From the NCBI GenBank assembly GCA_002269645.1, contig NIVC01003968.1, positions 1-64,000 on the forward strand: a stretch of DNA of 64,000 nt, in the 5' to 3' direction. Under the pieces are notes generated by a model. The model was not told the origin of the DNA and made no database searches. It was given only the letters and a program-made list of their open reading frames with translations. This stretch comes from Macrostomum lignano (Eukaryota). Made by a program: the position numbers and the translations under genes. Positions 51,013 to 60,884 of this stretch are shown here, in pieces; position 1 is the first letter of the stretch, and the number at the start of each line of letters is the position of its first letter.

Positions 51013-54000
51013 TTAAAATTTGTCGAGACGACAACCACAGAATACGAGTATTCGACCCAACGCTGTTACTATGAGTATAGTAACGAGGGTCAACCCTAAA
51101 GGCACACAGACTGGGTCGATTGCCTTACGATTAAAATCCAAATAAGATATCTGGAGATTTTGTTGAGCCGCTGTCAAACTCTTACCAACAGTTGCTTTCC
51201 CAGGTGCTCGGCTGCGCAACTCTGGCGTTAGCAACAACAGTTCGAACAGGCGCTCGGCTCGCCAATCGCTGACTAATTTGGAATCGCAGGCGAAGGCGAC
51301 CACGTACTGCTGCTGCTGCTGCTGCTGTCCGGTCTGCAGCTCCAACAGCCAAATTGGCGCCCGAGGCGACTTAAGAAACGAACCAATCTGATAGGGCTGA
51401 GCATTCCGTCTAGTGGAGAACTCTCGGCTGCTTAAAAGGCCAACATCGCATCGATTTGGTACACCGGCGAGTCTGAGCACAGATCCGTTGGGAGCCGCCT
51501 CGTCTGAGTAGTGATTGCAGACCTGACTTACCGGACTGCCGCATAGCAGTAGTAGCAGCAGGCTCTGATTGGCTAGGTTTTCTGGACCAATCAGAGGCCA
51601 TGGCGAGCCATCCGGCGGCTTGTATACGGGTCTGGATTGGTATGCGGGTCTGGATTGATTTGACATGGTATACCGAAATCTGAAGGCTCCAACATGATAT
51701 AAGTCACTTTAAAGTTGTCTTCTTGAAGCATTGCAACCAGTGAAGCTACGTGTGGAACGAGTGAAGCTACGAGTGGAACCAGTGAAGCTACGTGTGGAAC
51801 GAGTGAAGCTACGAGTGGAACCAGTGAAGCTACGAGTGGAACCAGTGAAGCTACGAGTGGAACCAGTGAAGCTATGTGTGGAACCAGTGAAGCTAAGAGT
51901 GGAACCAGTGAAGCTACGAGTGGAACCAGTGAAGCTACGAGTGGAACCAGTGAAGCTACGAGTGAACCAGTGAAGCTACGAGTGGAACCAGTGAAGCTAA
52001 GAGTGGAACCAGTAAAGCTACGAGTGGAACCAGTAAAGCTACAAGTGGAACCAGTAAAGCTACGTGTGGAACCAGTGAAGCTAAGAGTGGAACCAGTGAA
52101 GCTACGAGTGGAACCAGTGAAGCTACGAGTGGAACCAGTGAAGCTACGAGTGGAACCAGTGAAGCTACGAGTGGAACCAGTAAAGCTACGTGTGGAACGA
52201 GTGAAGCTAAGAGTGGAACCAGTGAAGCTAAGAGTGGAACCAGTGAAGCTACGAGTGGAACCAGTGAAGCTACGAGTGGAACCAGTGAAGCTATGTGTGG
52301 AACCAGTGAAGCTAAGAGTGGAACCAGTGAAGCTACGAGTGGAACCAGTAAAGCTACGTGTGGAACGAGTGAAGCTAAGAGTGGAACCAGTGAAGCTAAG
52401 AGTGGAACCAGTGAAGCTACGGGTTGAACCAGTGAAGCTAAGAGTGGAACCAGTGAAGCTACGTGTGGAACCAGTGAAGCTACGAGTGGAACCAGTAAAG
52501 CTACGTGTGGAACGAGTGAAGCTAAGAGTGGAACCAGTGAAGCTAAGAGTGGAACCAGTGAAGCTACGAGTGGAACCAGTAAAGCTACGAGTGGAACCAG
52601 TAAAGCTACGGGTTGAACCAGTGAAGCTAAGAGTGGAACCAGTGAAGCTAAGAGTGGAACCAGTGAAGCTACGGGTTGAACCAGTGAAGCTACGGGTTGA
52701 ACCAGTGAAGCTACGGGTTGAACCAGTGAAGCTACGGGTTGAACCAGTGAAGCTACGGGTTGAACCAGTGAAGCTACGGGTTGAACCAGTGAAGCTACGG
52801 GTTGAACCAGTGAAGCTACGGGTTGAACCAGTGAAGCTACGGGTTGAACCAGTGAAGCTACGGGTTGAACCAGTGAAGCTACGGGTTGAACCTGTGAAGC
52901 TACGGGTTGAACCAGTGAAGCTACGGGTTGAACCAGTGAAGCTACGGGTTGAACCTGTGAAGCTACGGGTTGAACCAGTGAAGCTACGGGTTGAACCAGT
53001 GAAGCTACGGGTTGAACCAGTGAAGCTACGGGTTGAACCTGTGAAGCTACGGGTTGAACCAGTGAAGCTACGAGTGGAACCAGTGAAGCTACGAGTGGAA
53101 CCAGTGAAGCTACGGGTTGAACCAGTGAAGCTACGGGTTGAACCTGTGAAGCTACGGGTTGAACCAGTGAAGCTACGAGTGGAACCAGTGAAGCTACGGG
53201 TTGAACCTGTGAAGCAAGTGGATCTGAATCACCGATCACGCACCTGTCCACGCCGAGGCTGAGCAGGCACGAGTAGATGAGCAAGACCAGTGATGGAGTG
53301 CGCTGACTTTCAAAACAGCGAATATTTTCGAGCAGAAATTGAACAACATTGCAGCCTGGCTGAGAGGTGTACACGTCCAGCTGAAATCGTTGTAGATTGG
53401 GAGTTTATCTAGCACTGCTACCAGCTGTGACCCTGTCCTTAATTACCCCGCCACCCATGTCCCTAATTACCCTGCCACCCAAGTCCTTAATTACCCCGCC
53501 ACCCATGTCCCTAATTACCATGCCACCCATGTCCCTAATTACCCTGCCACCCAAGTCCTTAATTACCCCGCCACCCATGTCCCTAATTACCCTGCCACCT
53601 ATCTGATATGTCCTTAATTACCATGCCACTTACTGTCTTAATTACACTTTCATAAACCGTGCTTAACTAAACGCTAGCCGATGTCCATAAATATAAATTC
53701 GAAAAGTATATAATGTCATTTTTGACGCACTAACCTTTTCGGATAAGCCATCCTTTACGTAGCTCAAACTATCTATATAGAAAATGCCTTTGGAATTTGG
53801 TCTAAAAATTAATAACGGGAGTTGACAAAATCGGCTATTGAATTATGAAATTGAGCGCTTGTTGTTTCAATTTTAACTCACAAGACAAGTTTCACACTGT
53901 CGCCGCACCGAGCCACAATGCTGGAAAAAGCGCGAGCCAACGCGGCGCTTCTTTGCGCCGGTCCGGCCAGTCGTTTCAATCGAATTGTCGGCTCTAAATT

Positions 54001-56675
54001 GTTGCCGCCGATTTTAGAGGCCGGGTTCGTCGGGTTTGCGGAAGCCTCGGTGAACAGCAACTGTCGGAGCAGCTCAGCTTGAACGGCGCACAGAGCAGAC
54101 CGGGGCTCCTGCTGCAGTAGTGTTAATTACAGCAAAATTCTACGGCAAGTTGTTGGAGAGTTTTGGCCGAGTGGTTAAGCGAATCGCTCTGTCAGTTAGA
54201 AGGGCCCGGGTTCAAACCACAGAGCGGTTAGAATTTATTATATAACAAAAACACAATGACTAAGTTATGGAGGAGGCGTAGCCGAGTGGTCAAGCGTATA
54301 GGTCTGGTGAATTATAATGCCCGGGTTCGAATCCTGTCGTCCGAAATCTGATTCTCGACTTTAAGCATGCTGGGTCCTCGAAATTTAATAAACAATTATA
54401 ATTAATTCTCGCCTCTCACAAAAAGGCACTATAGACCAATTTTCGAAACATATCGTCGTGTCAGTTAGGAATTTTCTTGAGTAACAAACTTTAGAACTTT
54501 ATACCGATTTAGTTATGACGAGCTCAAATGCTAATAAGCTAGATAAGCTAAGCTCGTTCCTGGACTCACCTTGGACGATGTCAGCAGGTAAGGCATCAGA
54601 TCGAAGCCAAAGTGGAAGCCTTGGCTAGCCCAGTCCGGACTAAAGCGGCTGTCCCCGCTGCCAAACAGAGCTACGCGTAGGGACTGCAATATTTTTAAAT
54701 TACACAATCAAAATAATAAGGCTTGCAAAATTCTTCAATTTTACCATTAGCAACATAGTTATATGAACCTTAGCTCTATGACTTTTGCGCGTCAGAAATT
54801 TAACAATAAATAAAAATATCAACATTTTTAGGCTCTAAGTTCTATTTCTTGGATAGATGTTTATATGGATCTTAAGTCAATTGTCACTCTCAGTCAACTG
54901 TCACTCTCAGTCAACTGTCACTCTCAGTCAAATGTCACTCTCAGTCAAATGTCACTCTCAGTCAACTGTCACTCTCAGTCAAATGTCACTCTCAGTAAAA
55001 TGTCACTCTCAGTCAAATGTCACTCTCAGTCAAATGTCACTCTCAGTCAACTGTCACTCTCAGTCAAATGTCACTCTCAGTAAAATGTCACTCTCAGTCA
55101 ACTGTCACTCTCAGTCAACTGTCACTCTCAGTCAAATGTCACTCTCAGTAAAATGTCACTCTCAGTCAACTGTCACTCTCAGTCAAATGTCACCCTTAGT
55201 CAAACTCCTCAGTCAGCTGTCATTCTCATTCTATTGTCACTCACAGCCAATTGTCACTCCCAATCAATGAGCAGTGTCTGCGATAGCATTTTCTATCAGC
55301 CCATATAAAACTTTGAAAATATGAAACATGAAAAACGATGCAATCTCAAAGCGCCTCACTTCAATTTGCTTCTCGGTGATCGGCTCTCGGATCCAAAGCT
55401 TGGCAGCGGCGGTTGTTGCAGGCTTTGACGAAGGAGCAACAAGATTTACTGCAGCGTCTTTGACAGTTTCCAACGCTTCGACTGTTGCCGGCGCTGGCGG
55501 CTGCGGTTTCAAGGTCTGCGACGCCTGCGGCGGCTTCGGCGGCGCCGGCAGAGCTTCCAGCAGCTGATTTTGCTGCTGCTTGTTAACAGATTTCCACCAC
55601 GGCCGATCAAGGGACAGTTTGGCCGGCGGCTGCTTCAAGGCAACTGGAGCTTCGTTAGCTGGCTTATTGTCATCATTAGCAGTAGTATTAGTACTTTTAG
55701 TAGCAATCGATGAATCTGCGTCGATTTTTTTGTTTGCGCTAATAATATCAGCAGCGACGAGTGGCGGCAGAAGCTCCGGTGTTGACTTAGTCGATGCCGA
55801 ATTGGAGGGCGAAGGCGAGGTCGTCGCTGGGCTGCTGGTGGTCTTGGGCAAGCTTGACCCGGCTTGACCACGGCGAACCGGTGGAAATTGCACAGAGTCC
55901 AGCTGTTGGCGGAAATAGTGGAAGTAAGTGTATTTGGTATCAGAAGGCTGAGTGGCTCGAGTGGCAGGGTGTTTACTGGGTTTTACTGGGTGTTTGGGGT
56001 GTCATTTTATTTGAATGGGGCACCAGCACCAGAGGCGCCAGCACCAGAGGCGCCAGCACCAGAGGCGCCAGCACCAGAGGCGCCAGCACCAGAGGCGCCA
56101 GCACCAGAGGCGCCAGCACCAGAGGCGCCAGCACCAGAGGCGCCAGCACCAGAGGCGCCAGCACCAGAGGCGCCAGCACCAGAGGCGCCAGCACCAGAGG
56201 CGCCAGCACCAGAGGCGCCAGCACCAGAGGCGCCAGCACCAGAGGCGCCAGCACCAGAGGCGCCAGCACCAGAGGCGCCAGCACCAGAGGCGCCAGCACC
56301 AGAGGCGCCAGCACCAGAGGCGCCAGCACCAGAGGCGCCAGCACAGATCAAAGCTCGAACCTCAGTCTCTGTCCTGTTAGAGATTCTGCTGCCAAAGGAA
56401 GCTGGAATTGCATCGCCACTTGCACCAAGTCTGCTGCTACCTGCAGGGGCGGTCGGTTTTCTGCCATGTGACGAAGTTATATGATGCTGCTGCTGTTTTT
56501 GTCCCAGCTGCTGCTGATGCTGCCATCTGGAGCCTCCAAGAGCTGCAACAGACAGTTCAGTGTCGATGTCATCTTCAATAACAAGATCGGCTGTTATTTG
56601 AGCCTGGCTTTTAGAATTGATGCGACTATTTCTGTGATTGATTTTAGCCTGTTTAAGGCTAGAGCCTGAAGCCAT
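51013..56675 (-). CDS. MINDY4: MINDY4/FAM188B-like (DUF4205) deubiquitinase homologue lacking the catalytic Cys and His; exons about 56675-56361, 55902-55360, 54683-54570, 54111-53882, 53432(or 53380)-53244, 51679-51013
   Basis: The spliced product gives EPITEKQIE|SLRVALFGS..RFSPDWASQGFHF...PYLLTSSK|QEPRSALCAVQAELLRQLLF, VQFLLENIRCFE...LVLLIYSCLLSLGVD|R, LIGPENLANQSLLLLLLCGSPVSQVCN, RCDVGLLS...QIGSFLKSPRAPIWL, LVSDWRAERLFEL. These match MINDY4 motifs as I recall them (GGPCGVLAAVQ, LKTPRFPIWV, DWRTERLFDLY). Most junctions are in phase. Confidence 0.8.
51742..53216. repeat. 21-bp minisatellite (GTGGAACCAGTGAAGCTACGA) filling the last MINDY4-like intron
   Basis: Directly visible. The VEPVKLR and VASLVQP ORFs are its translations. 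Confidence 0.98.
53435..53645. repeat. 24-bp tandem repeat (CCCTAATTACCCTGCCACCCATGT)
   Basis: Directly visible, abutting a splice acceptor. Confidence 0.9.
54155..54344 (+). pseudogene. Two tandem tRNA-derived sequences (tRNA pseudogenes or SINE heads), antisense within an intron
   Basis: A-boxes TGGCCGAGTGG and TAGCCGAGTGG, B-boxes GGTTCAAACC and GGTTCGAATCC at tRNA-like spacing. Acceptor and anticodon stems do not fold canonically. Confidence 0.55.
54880..55200. repeat. 17-bp minisatellite (GTCACTCTCAGTCAAAT) in a MINDY4-like intron
   Basis: Directly visible. Confidence 0.95.
56018..56345. repeat. 15-bp minisatellite (GGCGCCAGCACCAGA) in a MINDY4-like intron
   Basis: Directly visible, about 21 perfect copies. 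Confidence 0.97.
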
Positions 56676-58403
56676 GTCAGCAAATGTTTTAGTGAGGTTA
56701 CTTAATTATCAAAAAAGTATAAGGAATATAAAATAATAACAATGTTATAGAAAAAAGCAATAAATGTTTAATTTTTTTAAGAGTAGCAAATGATAAGGAG
56801 ATAAAAAGCCTCAAAACAAAAAGCTTGAAAACTCGTTATTAAAAAAATAGATTTTAGAACATTAATAACCATATTAAATATAAAATATAACAAGTATTAA
56901 TATATATTTAAAGAATTTGCTCAAAGCTAATATTGTAATTTTTTATTACTAATGATTATCAAGTTCTATTTCATGAAAAAGTTTATTTAATTTTAATTGA
57001 TTATATTAGTTACAAGTGAAGAAGAATTTAATAACATTCTATTGCTAAAAGTTTTTATTTAATGTTTTGCAATATAGCTAATTATCCATGCAAATATCAT
57101 TCTAAGTAAGTTGAATACTTAATGATTTCCTATTCATAACTTATGTGTCTCTCCTTTTTAGGCCCTAGACTAGGTTTAAGAAGAAAAAAGCGATTCCTGC
57201 AGGCTGAATCAAAAAAACATGAAATTACTAAAAATAAAATAAACAGCTATGGGCCTAGCTGCCATACGCCCATAATGAATAACAAAATACAAAAAACTAT
57301 CGAGATGAATAAGAGTAGGAGGCATCGTTCATAGTATATTTGACTAGCAATCAGCGCCCCCCGTTGGGGAGCCAAAAAAATGCTATCTACTATCACGATC
57401 ATTTGCCATTTACCAATGGGCAATGGAATGTTTTTATTGCGAAATAATTTTGTGGTGGGTTTATCTTAGTGGTATCTGACATTAACGGAACAAACAAAAT
57501 AGTTTTGTGCTGTTTGCGAATTTACTATAATATCTCATATCTTAAATTTCATATCGCGTTTAAACCAAACAAGAACAGGTTAAAACTTAAACCTTTGCTT
57601 GGCCCAACAAAAATGTGAGTTCCGATGGAAAGTTGTGTTGGTGTCTTGTATAATTTTAGTGTAAGTATATTTTTGCTTAGAAACTTCAAAAAGTATACAA
57701 AAAAATCTGCACTACTAATATATACAATTTATAAAAATGCAGACAGAACTGCATAATATCACAGTACAGTTTGTTTATCTTCCTATCTAAAAACGATAAC
57801 TTTTTAAATGATCACTATCCGCAAAAAAAACGCAAAAAATTTAATCGCAGTTTCATACACGATTGGGTCTATACAGTATATGACGTATCATAATTAACTA
57901 AACCCTAATACTATAAAAATGAGTTGACTAATAATAATAATTATTATTATATTAATAACAGTAAATGTATATTCATTAAGCCCAAAATTTTTAAAGTTAG
58001 GGCCTAATGCCTAACTAATATTAGGTAGGCTAATAACTATTGATTGTAGTAACAAATTATTTATATCCATAGGCCCCTATACTAAAAATGGTCTGTCGGT
58101 ATCTATCTATCTATCTAGGTATATAGGTATGCGATCGATTTTAGCAAAGTTTACACTAAATTTATATTATTATAATTTTTTTAGCTTTGCTTCATTTACA
58201 ATTGATATTCTAAGCTAGAAGTCTAGAACTTAATACTTGGTCCAGAACAAGGTTAGTCAGAATCAAGCTATATATACACCAAAAGCCATCCTATTTTAGA
58301 CTTTTAGTATTTTCCTATTTATCTAATTATTTCACAGGTAAGTTGTATTTTTGGCTAAGAAGTAAATGGCACATGACCAAGATGGCCACATACCAACATG
58401 GCC

Positions 58404-58873
58404 TGGTAATGGCTAGAGTTCCGGCACCAGAACCCATTTTCTAACAGCTAGGGATCCAGCAGTGCCATATAGAAGCATATAAAGACTACTAAGAACATAT
58501 CCATGCTTGGGCGCAACCTAGGGATTCACCCGGCCGTTTCTATTGGCAACACACACACGTAAGTCGCTATTGGACAGAATAGTAGTCACGTGACTGCTCT
58601 CAGCCAATAGCGACTTACATGTGTGTGTTGCCAATAGAAACGGCCGGGTGATTCCAAGGTTGCGCATGTATGAACATATCTTAAGAAGTCTGAATATTAG
58701 AAGCATCTCATCCTAAATCTTATCATATCGTCTTAAATTTTAATCTAGAACAAAATCTCAATATCAGCCACCTGTAGAAAGAAAAATATAATGTTCCATC
58801 TATATTATAATGGCACTGCCGGATCCGTAGCTGTTAGAAAATGGGTTCCGGTGCCGGAACTCTAGCCATTGCC
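58404..58873. mobile_element. MITE-like nested palindrome
   Basis: Outer inverted arms at about 58404-58469 and 58809-58873. Inner arms at about 58518-58573 and 58603-58662, centred on AGTCACGTGACT. Confidence 0.7.
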
Positions 58874-59354
58874 ACATGGCCTAGCTTTTATTGTAGCTTG
58901 ACCTATAGATGTTTATCCACTAAATAAACTTAATAAAGCAAGTAGCTAAGCACAAAATAAATACCTTGTTGCATATTTATTTCATTTTTGCATAGCATAA
59001 ATATTAGCAATGATTTCTCAATAAACTGATGGTAATGTACTAGTGCTATGCCTTTATCATAGTATACTCGAATGTTCTTTCAATGTAATAACTGTATATT
59101 CGAATCTTTCTTAGAAACTGAATCTACGCGAACGCCAAATAATAGTTTGTTTTAATGCGCGAAATAAATTGGAGAATTATTTTTTTGTTTTAATCGTATG
59201 TGGGGAAAATCACTATATATAGGAGCGGTTTTGCGACAAATATACTCCAACTGTCTTTTACCCGTGAGCAAATAATTGCGAACAGAATAAGCAGTTCAAT
59301 CTAAACCATTTCAAAGTCTTTGAGCTAAATAGCGACTTATTTATTTGCAAAACC

Positions 59355-59823
59355 TGTGAAACGATTCTAAGAAATTTGCTAAGAGAAGGGAATTGGGACT
59401 AATTCTTGGAGATATACCAAGAGAGGCGCCGTGACCCTCTAGTCTTGGTGAACGCCCGATTAGGACTATACACTAATACATATACCAGTACTAGACCGCT
59501 CAGGCCATAAGCTACTAGAACGCTACCAGAAAGCAAGCCATAAGCTACCAGAAACGCTACTAAGAACGCTACCAGAAACGCTACTAAGAACGCTACCCAG
59601 AAATATTTAAATGAAATTCTAAGAAATAGTTAGGGAGTAAAAGCAAGTATAATCAGGATAACTGTAGTTGGCAAATCGGTGGGATTAAAATTAATAAAGT
59701 AAGAGGTGAAAGGCCTGTAACAACTTTGGTGGCAGCTCGTAGGATATTTAATAAACACTAATAGTTAGAAGTTTAGAAAGACAGAGCCAAAAGGCCTGTC
59801 ACAGCTGGTGGCAGCGGTGGGAT
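59355..59823 (+). mobile_element. Probable 5' LTR and primer-binding region of the Gypsy element
   Basis: PBS TGGTGGCAGCGGTGGGAT (59806-59823) is complementary to the 3' end of tRNA-Leu. LTR-like ends ...CTGTAACA (59722) and ...CTGTCACA (59803). The 5' boundary is a guess (TGTG at 59355), since the 3' LTR is outside the window. Confidence 0.5.
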
Positions 59824-59903
59824 TAGAGAAACGGCGCGAACTCTCAAAACTAGATTCAGAAGAATTCCGAAGAATAATTTGAAAAGTTTTTCGTAGAGAA
59901 AAG

Positions 59904-60884
59904 ATGAATCAGAATCAGGCTAATGACGCCATCGCCATGCTGGCAGAAGAATTGCGAAACCGACTAGAGATAGGGCCGATGAGACACGTTAAGATTCAGA
60001 AATTCACACCTACGCAAGACATTCGGATCTGGCTAACAGCCTTCGATCAGCGCTGTGAAGTAGAAGGGATAGATGAGGAACATAGGAAGCAGGAATTGCT
60101 AGCTAATCTGGACCTGTCCACTGCATTCGCAGCGGTACAGCGCCTAAATCTGCCCGAGGATCTTGAATACGAAGAGTTCAAAGAGCGACTGATTGAGCGA
60201 TTCGGAAGAATCGGTAGTTCCGCAGAATTCAGAGAGGAGTTTCGTGGAAGAATGCAAGGCAGAAATGAGCCTGTAGAGACTTTCGCAGACTGTTTGATCG
60301 AGCTGGCATCGCGTGCATTTCCGAATATGACTGTTGAGCAGAGGGAAGAAGAAATTGTTGAGCAATTCATCAAGGGAATCAGAATTCCGTCAGAGACCCG
60401 TGAGAAGCTAATCTTTGCGCAGCCAGGCAATTTACAAGAGGCTAGAAGAATGCTAAGAAGGATGGAGGCTGCGTGGAACATGTCTCACAAGAATGTCAAC
60501 ATGAGAATGGCCAAAGGCGAAGGCGAGAGTGAGCAGAAGGCAGATCAGGAGAAGCTTGAGGACATCATCAAGAAGCAGAGAGCAGAGCTAGAGCAACAGA
60601 AGAAGGCGATTGAAGAGCTGATGGAAGAGAAGAGAGCTAGCCGTCAGCAGTATCATCCGCAGAATCAATATCAAACGTACGCTCAGGTCGCTGGACCGCA
60701 GCAGCAGCAGCAGCAGCAGCCAGTATGGCGCGGTCAGCCTCAGTTCAACAGGCAGCCACAGCAACAGCAGCAACCTCGAGCCTGCTACAATTGCGGAAAG
60801 CTTGGCCACATGGCGAGGAATTGCCAGAGCGCTAGGCCAAACGGTCAGCGAGTGGTGAACTACCAGAAGCAGCAGGGAAACTGA
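59904..60884 (+). CDS. gag: Ty3/Gypsy gag
   Basis: Capsid-like W...F...QGRNEPVETFADCL..LASRAF...IVEQFIKGI, CCHC knuckle CYNCGKLGHMARNC, intact 326 aa ending QGN*. Confidence 0.92.
   Translation: MNQNQANDAIAMLAEELRNRLEIGPMRHVKIQKFTPTQDIRIWLTAFDQRCEVEGIDEEHRKQELLANLDLSTAFAAVQRLNLPEDLEYEEFKERLIERFGRIGSSAEFREEFRGRMQGRNEPVETFADCLIELASRAFPNMTVEQREEEIVEQFIKGIRIPSETREKLIFAQPGNLQEARRMLRRMEAAWNMSHKNVNMRMAKGEGESEQKADQEKLEDIIKKQRAELEQQKKAIEELMEEKRASRQQYHPQNQYQTYAQVAGPQQQQQQQPVWRGQPQFNRQPQQQQQPRACYNCGKLGHMARNCQSARPNGQRVVNYQKQQGN

Noticed and set aside
51731-53374. 462-472 aa ORFs (VEPVKLR and VASLVQP repeats)
   Set aside because: A 21-bp unit with no stop in some frames. The array lies between in-phase MINDY4-like splice sites, so it is intronic.
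55794-56484. APEAP, RGAST, HQRRQ and GASGA repeat ORFs
   Set aside because: The 15-bp minisatellite is open in all frames and sits in an intron bounded by GAG|gttcga and caacag|CTG.
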